Under the pieces are notes generated by a model that saw nothing but the letters and a program-made list of their open reading frames with translations, was not told the origin of the DNA and searched no databases. 64,000 nt of DNA. Source: an uncultured Candidatus Sumerlaeota bacterium. Its GTDB lineage: Bacteria; Sumerlaeota; Sumerlaeia; SLMS01. Positions 40,032 to 48,568 of the stretch are shown here, in pieces. Where the stretch lies: the NCBI GenBank assembly GCA_964346275.1, contig CAYFUR010000001.1:11793-75792 (forward strand), given 5' to 3'. The translations under genes and the position numbers were made by a program. Within the stretch, counting starts at the first letter, position 1; each line of letters begins with the position of its first letter.

Positions 40032-41891
40032 ATGCGTCACACGATGAAGGTCTCGACAATTGCAGTGACACTGATCGCGGCGGGCCTCCCAGCTCAGCAA
40101 GCGATACAAGAGGATCGCCCTCAGGTCGGCGCCTCGATGCAACGGCCCGAGGACGCCCAGGAGGTGACGCGCCAATACGGATTCCTCGTGGACCACCCGG
40201 CGGCGAGGGTCATTTCGCCTGGAACCATCGAGATCGAATTCGAAACCGTCGAGCCAACACCGCCCGCAATGGTTTACTATGGGCTGAACACGCTCGACGA
40301 AGAATTGAATTTCCCCCGTTTCCGATCGAGCCTTCGAGAGAAGGGAAGCCTCGACGAGTGGGATACGGAACATCGGGTCGAGATCGCCTTCGAGTCGTTG
40401 CTGGATATCATCCCCAATACTCCATACGAATCAAAGATCAGCTATCGCCTCGCGGTTTGGATTCCCGGCAAGGGGGAGCGTTTCTACGACAGCCGCGTCT
40501 TTTTCGATTCGGAGACGCTTGGCGACACTACGAATATCCTTTTCGGTCCCGTCGTGGACCAGGTGACCGGGAATTCCGCAGTCGTTTCCTGGGAGACAGA
40601 TCGACCCTCCGAAGGGACCGTCACAGTCGGGAAGAAGAGTTTCAAAAGCTCCTCGGATGGATTGAAACACGAAGTGGCTGTCTCGGGCCTCAATCCGGGA
40701 ACGACCTACGACTACTTCGTCGACGCGGACGAGACGCGGACACGGGATTATTCCTTCCGGACTCAGGCCGGCGACGAATTCTCTTTCATCGCCATGGTCG
40801 ACAGCCGGGAAGGTGTCGGCGGGGGAGAGCGCGCATTTGGTGGAATCCAGGGTCTTTCCGTGAAGCAGATTATCTCCGACGCCTACTACAAGGATGTGGA
40901 TTTTATCCTGTTTCCGGGAGATCTCGTAAATGGCTATGTGACAGGCGTGGATGATTTCCGCCTCCAGTTGGATTCTTTCCGGCGGATGATGGAACCAGTT
41001 CATGCCCGAATCCCCGTCTACGAAGGCATGGGCAATCACGAGGCGTTGATTGACATGTGGCGGGATCCTTCCTTCGGGACGCTTTACCTGGACAAGCAGG
41101 GCGACGAGAGCGCCGAGGCGATCTTTGCCGAACGGTTTGTCAATCCCCTCGACGGACCGGAACCGGAAGGTCCCGGAGCGCCGCCCTACGCGGAAAATGT
41201 CTATACTTTCGACTGGGGAAATGCGCGATTCATCATGCTCAACAACAACTACTGGTGGTCCAGCCAGCCAGCAGAATTCGGGGGCAACCTGGAAGGCTAC
41301 ATCCTTCCCAACCAGATCCAATGGCTGCGCCAGGAAGTCGAGAAAGCCAATGCCAACGCCGAGATCGACCATCTCTTCGTTGCGGCCCAGGAGCCTCCTT
41401 ACCCCAATGGCGGGCACACGGCGGATGCGATGTGGTATAATGGAGGGGATACGAATCGCGATGGTGTCGTTGACGGGAGCGATATCGATATCGTGGAAAA
41501 CCGCAACACCATGTGGGATATCATTTCCAGCTCTCCCAAGACCGTTGCCTTCATTACCGGAGACGAGCACGCTTACAGCCGTGTCTTGATCAGCCAGCAA
41601 ACGGATGTCGGGCATCGCCGGAAGCAGAATGGCGAGGTCGCGGAATTCGACTATCCCGTCTGGCAGATCACCAGCGGCGGCGCCGGCGCGCCCTGGTATG
41701 ATAAAGAGTTGGACCTTCCCTGGTCGCCAGAACTGCGCAAGCACTCGACCCAGCCCCACGGAGCTATGATCCGGGTGCAAGACGGGAACATCGTTCTGGA
41801 GGTCTACAGCCAGACCGGGCAGCAGATCGATTCGGCCGTGCTGCGCCGTAACGGAGAGAACGTGGATATGATGCCGGCGTCTCTCGATTAA
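40032..41891 (+). CDS. Secreted purple-acid-phosphatase-like metallophosphoesterase with FN3-like domain(s)
   Basis: Signal peptide. FN3-like VSWETD...HEVAVSGLNPGTTYDY. Motifs VDSR, PGDLV, GNHE, GDEH, SGGAGAP. Confidence 0.85.
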   Translation: MRHTMKVSTIAVTLIAAGLPAQQAIQEDRPQVGASMQRPEDAQEVTRQYGFLVDHPAARVISPGTIEIEFETVEPTPPAMVYYGLNTLDEELNFPRFRSSLREKGSLDEWDTEHRVEIAFESLLDIIPNTPYESKISYRLAVWIPGKGERFYDSRVFFDSETLGDTTNILFGPVVDQVTGNSAVVSWETDRPSEGTVTVGKKSFKSSSDGLKHEVAVSGLNPGTTYDYFVDADETRTRDYSFRTQAGDEFSFIAMVDSREGVGGGERAFGGIQGLSVKQIISDAYYKDVDFILFPGDLVNGYVTGVDDFRLQLDSFRRMMEPVHARIPVYEGMGNHEALIDMWRDPSFGTLYLDKQGDESAEAIFAERFVNPLDGPEPEGPGAPPYAENVYTFDWGNARFIMLNNNYWWSSQPAEFGGNLEGYILPNQIQWLRQEVEKANANAEIDHLFVAAQEPPYPNGGHTADAMWYNGGDTNRDGVVDGSDIDIVENRNTMWDIISSSPKTVAFITGDEHAYSRVLISQQTDVGHRRKQNGEVAEFDYPVWQITSGGAGAPWYDKELDLPWSPELRKHSTQPHGAMIRVQDGNIVLEVYSQTGQQIDSAVLRRNGENVDMMPASLD

Positions 41892-41958
41892 ATCGCAGGC
41901 CCTCTTTTCTCAGTTTCCCTTGCTTGACCGCGTCCCCGAATTGAGAGACGCTGGTTCA

Positions 41959-42861
41959 ATGAGTTACGACTGGCGAAAAGAAGATGCGGTTCGAAAGCTT
42001 GTGCGCAGCGGCTATACAGCCTTGCCTCTGGAACGCGATCCGGTCGGGTTGCTGGCCTCTGCTGTGGGTCTGGACAGAGATCGATGTGTCCAGGTTCTCC
42101 GAGAGCTTCATGACCAGGGGTTATTGCTGGGAATCCGTGGCGAACCCAATCCAGCCCTCGGCAGTATGCACGAGACGCTAGTCTGCTCCGCGAAGGATTT
42201 TCCTCCCGTGGGAGAGAGTGGCGCGGCAATTCGCTGGTATGGAAAGACAACGGATGGATCCTGGTGCTTCAGTGCCATGTGGGCTCGCCAGCCAGCGGAG
42301 GAGGGGTCCAGGGGGCATGATTTCACAAAACTTGGCCTGCCGCTTCACGAAGGGCCGCTCCTTGTGCCCTCGGCCGACAGGACCTATCTCGTCCGGGACG
42401 AGGAGGGGGATCTCCCCATGTTGGCGGATTCAGAATCCCAACTGGCCGACCGGCTCTTCTCGCCGATGCTCATTGATCCGGAAAAGGATTTCTGGCTCCA
42501 GGTTGGCGAAGGGATTGAACTGCCTTCCGGCGCAGTGCGCGAAGCCGTTCGAAAGTTGCTTCGCGAGCGGGTCTGGAGGCGCTTTTCGTTCCGATTCGAT
42601 ATGGCGGCCCTTGGATACAATGGATGCGGACTTGCTTTTTGGGATCTGGAAGAGGAGAACCTGTCCGACGCGGCACGGGCATTGGCGGCCCTCGGGGGCA
42701 CCGGTGACGTCTGCGTCCGGCAATCATGCGATCCAGCCCGCGGGAACCTGATGGGGCTTTTCCTTGGCCGTGAGGCTGGCGAAGGGGAAAACGCCGCGGA
42801 GAGCGTCTCCCGGCAATGGGGGCGCCCACTCTCCGGCTGGTTCGATTTAGAACTTCACTAA
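41959..42861 (+). CDS. Degenerate fused AhbA/AhbB (NirDL-like, Lrp/AsnC-related) protein
   Basis: Two wHTH-like halves: LPLERDPVGLLASAVGL...LRELHDQG and FWLQVGEGIEL...VRKLLRERVWRRF...ALGY. Then LAFWDL...AARALAA...NLMGLFLGR, resembling the AhbB C-domain. Start 41959 or 41920. Confidence 0.6.
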   Translation: MSYDWRKEDAVRKLVRSGYTALPLERDPVGLLASAVGLDRDRCVQVLRELHDQGLLLGIRGEPNPALGSMHETLVCSAKDFPPVGESGAAIRWYGKTTDGSWCFSAMWARQPAEEGSRGHDFTKLGLPLHEGPLLVPSADRTYLVRDEEGDLPMLADSESQLADRLFSPMLIDPEKDFWLQVGEGIELPSGAVREAVRKLLRERVWRRFSFRFDMAALGYNGCGLAFWDLEEENLSDAARALAALGGTGDVCVRQSCDPARGNLMGLFLGREAGEGENAAESVSRQWGRPLSGWFDLELH

Positions 42862-42893
42862 AAGCGGAATGTAACCGAGAGCGAAAACGGTTC

Positions 42894-45800
42894 ATGGGAA
42901 CATACGGCGATAAACCTCTCTCCCGTTTCAAAACCTGGCGTCTGAAAAGGCGTTTCTATTGGATCACAGGCGTGATTCTCTTTGTAACGGGGGCGCTGCT
43001 GCTGGCGGCCATTCTGGCCTTCAAATCGGAAACCTTCTGGCGCAAATTTGTCATCCCCCGTTATTTTGGTCCATATTGGGAAACCGCCATTTCCTGGGAC
43101 AGTTTCGATCCTCACCTTGTCCCGCCGGGGATTTACATTGAAGGGCTCAATCTCCACGAACCAAATGCCCCAACGAAAAGCGTACTCCGTGTCGAAAAGC
43201 TGGATCTTCTCGCGACGATCGATTCCCTTGTCGCGGATATAGACATCCGGGAAGTCGATATTGAAGGCGTTTCAGCCAACGTCGTTCAGTATGGGCCCGA
43301 GGACACCAACCTGAGCCGTTTCGTGGAAAGAGTCTATCAGGGGCTTCCTCCTCCGGCTGCCGGAACGGAACTCCCCGGGCCCCACAGGGTGATTCCGGAG
43401 ATCAAGACTCCGGCTCAGATCAAGCTCCCTGGTGTGTCCCTTCGATACGAGAATCGCGTGGACCCCCATCGCGTCGTTTCATTCGGATACGTCGTGAATC
43501 AGGACGTTCTCATCGACGTTTACAGCCCGGATGACGAAGAAGACGGCCTCTTTCATGAGCAATTCGCAATTCGATCGGAGGGAGAGCTGGCCCTGGCCGT
43601 CGATGGAACCCGTATTCAAAACAACCTGCGGCTCAATATTGTTGCGGATTCCTTGAAGGACTTTCCCGATTGTGATCTCCAGGTTGCGGCGACTCTTTTC
43701 CCCATTGAAGCAGGCGACGCCACGCCCGCGGTCGAAGCGGAATTTCGAACCCCGCTTGTCCGCACCCCGATTCGACTGGCCGCGGTGCCCATCGAGGACC
43801 TGAGTCTTCGTTTCCACCGCGATCGGGATGCCCGTGCCATCGCCAGCCTTGAAGCAGAAATCTTCGATCCTCTCACAGGGGAAATCCGAGGCGACTTCCT
43901 CCTCGATGGGAATTCGCGCGACATCGTTTCGACAATCGGCCGGTTTTTGCCGGAAGACCTCCGGCGCGACTTTGAAACTTATATCAAGACGTCCGCATTC
44001 GATTACTATGTGCCCGAGGAAAGCGGCGGCGCCCATTTCCAGTCAGAGATTTCCCTGGATGCCAAAGGCATGCTTCAGTACGCCATCGTTGATGAGGAAG
44101 AAGACCTCCCTCTTGAGCTCACGACGTCAGGATGGATACGCGCCTTCGGAATGGAGTTTGGTACGCGCCAGGAATTGCGCGCGAACCTTCTTTCCGGCGT
44201 GCAGGAGAAAGACGTCGACGGAAAAACCGTCACCGGCGATGCCGATATTCGATGGCATTTAAACCTGAACGACAAACAGAAGAAGGGGTCCGGCTGGCTC
44301 CTCTCGGACTGGGCCCCAACAAGCTCCGACGAGGGACAGACGACGCTCACGCTTTCATTGAAAAAGCAGGGAACCGAAAGAGAGCCCGTGGATTTCAGCT
44401 ATGCGGGCCCGGTGAGTTGGCAAGCGATCAAGGAAATGCTGAGAGGGTTTCCTCCCGATCTGCCGATGTTCGCCATCCTCCCCTCTCCGAAAGGCTACGA
44501 TGAAGGTTACGGCGAGACGCTCGCTTCATTCTTTGAAACGTTTCAGGCCGTCTTTACCTCGAATGCCGAGTTGAAGCAGGACCTCACTGTCCATGACAGC
44601 AGCCTGCTGGAATATCTTCTTCAGCCAGGTGTCGTTGGAAACTTTCAGGTTGAGAAGGGCGAATTCGACTTCTTTCTGGCCCATGATCCCGCCGAGGGGT
44701 TTACGCAGATCGGGGAGGCCATCGCTGTCGAGGGAATCGCTCTCGAGGGCGTTTCTGCCCCCGTCGATATCGACGTTTCGATCGAAGCTCTCGCAAACGA
44801 TTCCCGCCTTTATGCGAGCCAGTTCGAGTCGAGTATACGTCCTGCTTCCGCCCTCGGCGAGAGAGGCCGGCTTTTTTCCATGAAGCTCGCCCGCAGCGGA
44901 CCCAATGAGGAGCTGGGGCCGCTGCCGCCAACCTATTTGAATTACCGCACGGGCGAAGGCCAATTCGCCATTCGGATGGAGGATATCCAGCAGGAAGCCC
45001 TCGACGTCCTCACACGATTAAAGGTTCTCGGGTTGTCTGAACGCCTGAGCGGGAAAGCCTATACGGACCTCCAGAGGCTTCTCGATGCAGCCAGGGAAAA
45101 GAATCGCAAGAATGGGGAGGCCGATCTCTTTCTCAGCGGGAAAATAGGCGAGGACCTTCAGCTCTCCTCGGTGATTCTCCTTCGTGATATCCCCCTCGTC
45201 GAAATTCTCAGGCTTCCTTGGGATCAAGAATCAGCCGCGAAGCGGTATATGAGCCGCGTTGAAAACGAGCTTCTTTACAACCTTGAGCAAGAATCAATCG
45301 GGCTCCGCCGGCTTGCCTTCGATATCTTTCCCGACGGAGATGATCAGCTTCTTTTTCGCTCTCGCCTGGAGAGTTCCGAGGAACTTCTCATCGGTGTCAG
45401 GGACATGGAAGAGTTCCTGGATGAGCAGATTTTGTCTATCAGTTCCGGTGAGCTTTCCGACTTATCCCTCGAGCAGGCTTTGGCCCTCGCCTTCACGAGG
45501 GCGGAGGAATTGCGTTCCGAGCTGAGAGGCGGCGATGCCAGTGTGGTCTTGCTTCTTCCCGATATCTCAGTCCCTGCTTTGCGCGGGATCATTCCGGCAT
45601 CGCATATCCCGGTGACGGCCGGCACGGGAAATGTCTATCTCGAAATCCCCGTCAATCGGCAGGAAGCCCCGTTAGAAGCTCGCGGACGTTTTTCGATAAC
45701 CCGAATGAGACTGGAAGGGTTGAAAGAGCCTGTTCCACAGATTCGCGGTGAGTTCAAACTTTCCCTGGAAGAGGGATATCTCCAACTGGAAGAGCTTGTC

Positions 45801-48353
45801 ACGACGCTTCCCTTCTCGGAAGGCGAAGGAGAAACGCATATACGTTTCAGCTCGCGCCACCATTTGGAAAGTGACCGTTTTTTAGCGGACCTGGAAGTGG
45901 ATCTTGTTGGAAAACCGGCTCTCGCGGTCCTTGAGAACATTGGTTCGGGGGTCGGTGAGGCGACTGAACTCTTTCAATTTCTTCCGACGATCCAGCTCGG
46001 CGATTTGGCTTCTCCCCAGGGGCAGATGCGCCTGAAATATGAAATCGAGCGCCAGGAAGCCGGAGGGCCCGTCGTCGTCAGCTCCCTCCAGGAGGGGCGG
46101 AACTTCAGCATCCTGCCCGCCTTGTTCGGCCCCTTTCATTTTCGCGTCAGCCAGGAGCTGGTTTACCAGAATGACGGATCATTTGTTCTCTCGCGGTTAG
46201 ACGGAAAAGTCTCCGAAATGGCTCCCGAGCCTTTAGTCTGTGAGTTTGATCTGAAAGAAGCTGTCCCTTTTAACAGCGAGGGCGGTGCTTTGAACTCTTC
46301 CTCGATCCAAATCGATTTGACAAAGAACCTGACGGCGCTTTCCGGCCGCTCGGCACAGGTCTTTTTCGATCTGATGGATATTCACCTGGAGAGCGGCTGG
46401 CTTGAAGGGCATTTCGACATTGCCGTCTCTGCGACAAAGGAGGGCCGAGCATCGACGGCGCGTCGCCTGGAAAACTCCTTCTCACTGAACTTGAGGAATC
46501 TTCGACTGCGCGGCGCAAATCAACCGCTCGAGGGTGTCTTCACGGGCCTTCTTGTGACTGAGGGACAGCGCTTTGCAGCGCGCGATCTCATGCTCTCGTT
46601 GAAAGGCGGGGAAGAAGAGGCCGGGAGGCTTGAGGGCGCGTTGGCGCTGGACACAAACAGCAACGAACTGGACTTCCGCCTCGATGTGGCGGACTTCCAG
46701 GGTCCACTTCTCAAGGCTCTCCCTTTTCCCGTTTCTGTGCTCGGGGATGATCCTCAAACGCGTCTCCACGGGCGCGCCGATATCAGCACCGACCTGGATG
46801 AATCTCGAGGGCGCATGGATCTCGCGTTAAGGCTTCGTGATTTTTCCCCCCGGCGAGCCGCGCTGGAAGAGGAGACAGATGACTCACCCGAGGAACCCGT
46901 TCAGTTGGATATCAACGTTGCATCCACTTTTGATCGGGCAACATCCACTGTCCTTCTCCAGGATATTTCCGCACAAGCCGTTTCGGGCCGCATCAACGCG
47001 CCCGGCCAGAACATTCCCATTTCCTCTGATCTCCCCCGGTTCCTGACAATTGATGAACTGGGAGCTATTTCCTTCGACCTCGGGTCTTTGGGATTCACCG
47101 GCACGGAAGCGGAGGAGTCGGGAATCAAAGTCGTACTGGGCCCGATCGATATAGAACCTTATTCCCCCCTGCTCATGAGGTTGGCCGGAATACCTCTCGA
47201 GCAGGGAATCCTTTCTGGTGAAGGAACGGTCGTGGGAATGGGGCCAGAGACGCAGCCGACCATCGCCGTGGATTGGCGCGCCAATCTGGAAAATGGGCTA
47301 TGGAAAGAGAGCAGCGGGCGCCAGGTTCCCCTGAATGCCTTTTTCCAGCTACGTGGAGAGACGCGTCCCGGCATCTTCCGCATCGAAGAATTTGATGCGG
47401 ATCTTGTTTACAACCAGGGCGTGCCAAGGGGGCGTGACCACCTGGGCGCCACGGGCTTCTATGAAACAAGTGGCGGCAAGCACTCTCTCGTGGCGAATGT
47501 GGAATCGGATGAATTGGTTCTTTCCAGGGTGCTCAGACGAGTCAGCGAGATCCAGGAGAACCTCAAACCCACAGAGACAAAGGAACAATCAGGGCGCACA
47601 AAAGACGTCTGGACGATGCCCTCCAATTTTGAAGCTTCAGTTTCGGGAGCGCTTCAAAATATTTATTTTCGTGAACTCTGGCTCCCCCTGTCACGCTTTC
47701 AGGCGGACATCGAGAATCAGCACGTTTACCTTCGCGAAGCCTTTTTCCGTCCTGAGGAGGGGGTCATTCAGGCCGCCGGCACATTGGACTTTTCGTCTTC
47801 CCGAAATCCCTGGACCCTTCATCTCGACATGGAGCGCCTGAATGCCAGGGCCTGGGTGAACAGCCTGGCGCCCGCCGCCTATTACGGCGACATCAGCGGG
47901 AGTCTTTCCGCAACCGCCGATCTCGCAGCCGAGGGCCTTCATTCCGTGGACCTGCGTGAAAGCCTGAACGGCAGAATCTCTTTCCAGATGAAGGGAGTTC
48001 AGTTCCGTGAAGGCAAAGTGGTTGATCTTCTGGACGAAACGATTCCCCTCGATGCCGATGGAGTGATTACTGTCCGCAACAACAGGGCGCAATTCGAAAT
48101 GGGAACACCCTGGAATCCCGCCCGGACTCTTTTTCTCCAGGGAACGGCGCGGCCGATCATTCCGCCCCCAGGGCAATCGCCGCACTATCGCGCCTTGATC
48201 GATTACCGCCGCACCTCGACTGTCGGGCCGGAATACCGTCGCGAAGAAGGAAAGGCAGCGCGTCAGGAACTCTATGGCATGTTGCTCGAGGTAGAGGGCA
48301 TCCTTCGTTCCGGTGATGAACCGCGGGTCAATCTCCGGACGATGGCCTATTAG
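42894..48353 (+). CDS. Very large AsmA-like (repeating beta-groove) envelope protein
   Basis: Single N-terminal TM anchor. AsmA-like N-terminus GIYIEGLNLHEP...VLRVEKLDL...IREVDIEG...TNL. About 1800 aa of beta-rich sequence. AsmA-like C-terminus GVIQAAGTLDF...ISGSLSATADL...LNGRISF. Confidence 0.72.
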   Translation: MGTYGDKPLSRFKTWRLKRRFYWITGVILFVTGALLLAAILAFKSETFWRKFVIPRYFGPYWETAISWDSFDPHLVPPGIYIEGLNLHEPNAPTKSVLRVEKLDLLATIDSLVADIDIREVDIEGVSANVVQYGPEDTNLSRFVERVYQGLPPPAAGTELPGPHRVIPEIKTPAQIKLPGVSLRYENRVDPHRVVSFGYVVNQDVLIDVYSPDDEEDGLFHEQFAIRSEGELALAVDGTRIQNNLRLNIVADSLKDFPDCDLQVAATLFPIEAGDATPAVEAEFRTPLVRTPIRLAAVPIEDLSLRFHRDRDARAIASLEAEIFDPLTGEIRGDFLLDGNSRDIVSTIGRFLPEDLRRDFETYIKTSAFDYYVPEESGGAHFQSEISLDAKGMLQYAIVDEEEDLPLELTTSGWIRAFGMEFGTRQELRANLLSGVQEKDVDGKTVTGDADIRWHLNLNDKQKKGSGWLLSDWAPTSSDEGQTTLTLSLKKQGTEREPVDFSYAGPVSWQAIKEMLRGFPPDLPMFAILPSPKGYDEGYGETLASFFETFQAVFTSNAELKQDLTVHDSSLLEYLLQPGVVGNFQVEKGEFDFFLAHDPAEGFTQIGEAIAVEGIALEGVSAPVDIDVSIEALANDSRLYASQFESSIRPASALGERGRLFSMKLARSGPNEELGPLPPTYLNYRTGEGQFAIRMEDIQQEALDVLTRLKVLGLSERLSGKAYTDLQRLLDAAREKNRKNGEADLFLSGKIGEDLQLSSVILLRDIPLVEILRLPWDQESAAKRYMSRVENELLYNLEQESIGLRRLAFDIFPDGDDQLLFRSRLESSEELLIGVRDMEEFLDEQILSISSGELSDLSLEQALALAFTRAEELRSELRGGDASVVLLLPDISVPALRGIIPASHIPVTAGTGNVYLEIPVNRQEAPLEARGRFSITRMRLEGLKEPVPQIRGEFKLSLEEGYLQLEELVTTLPFSEGEGETHIRFSSRHHLESDRFLADLEVDLVGKPALAVLENIGSGVGEATELFQFLPTIQLGDLASPQGQMRLKYEIERQEAGGPVVVSSLQEGRNFSILPALFGPFHFRVSQELVYQNDGSFVLSRLDGKVSEMAPEPLVCEFDLKEAVPFNSEGGALNSSSIQIDLTKNLTALSGRSAQVFFDLMDIHLESGWLEGHFDIAVSATKEGRASTARRLENSFSLNLRNLRLRGANQPLEGVFTGLLVTEGQRFAARDLMLSLKGGEEEAGRLEGALALDTNSNELDFRLDVADFQGPLLKALPFPVSVLGDDPQTRLHGRADISTDLDESRGRMDLALRLRDFSPRRAALEEETDDSPEEPVQLDINVASTFDRATSTVLLQDISAQAVSGRINAPGQNIPISSDLPRFLTIDELGAISFDLGSLGFTGTEAEESGIKVVLGPIDIEPYSPLLMRLAGIPLEQGILSGEGTVVGMGPETQPTIAVDWRANLENGLWKESSGRQVPLNAFFQLRGETRPGIFRIEEFDADLVYNQGVPRGRDHLGATGFYETSGGKHSLVANVESDELVLSRVLRRVSEIQENLKPTETKEQSGRTKDVWTMPSNFEASVSGALQNIYFRELWLPLSRFQADIENQHVYLREAFFRPEEGVIQAAGTLDFSSSRNPWTLHLDMERLNARAWVNSLAPAAYYGDISGSLSATADLAAEGLHSVDLRESLNGRISFQMKGVQFREGKVVDLLDETIPLDADGVITVRNNRAQFEMGTPWNPARTLFLQGTARPIIPPPGQSPHYRALIDYRRTSTVGPEYRREEGKAARQELYGMLLEVEGILRSGDEPRVNLRTMAY

Positions 48354-48568
48354 GAGTTTTCTTCAGATGGCTCGAAAAAAAGCACTTGGAGGGCGAGAAT
48401 CTTTTGACCACCGGGTGCCTTGCGGCTGATCTTTCGCTTGAGGGACACGGGCGCCGCTGTTTGAATCCTCGCCAGGAACGAATGAGTTGCGCCCTCTTTT
48501 TTTTTCTGAATGACTGCCTTAACTGAGTTGAAACGAAACAGATTCTCAATCGCCATAGCGTGCTGCCA

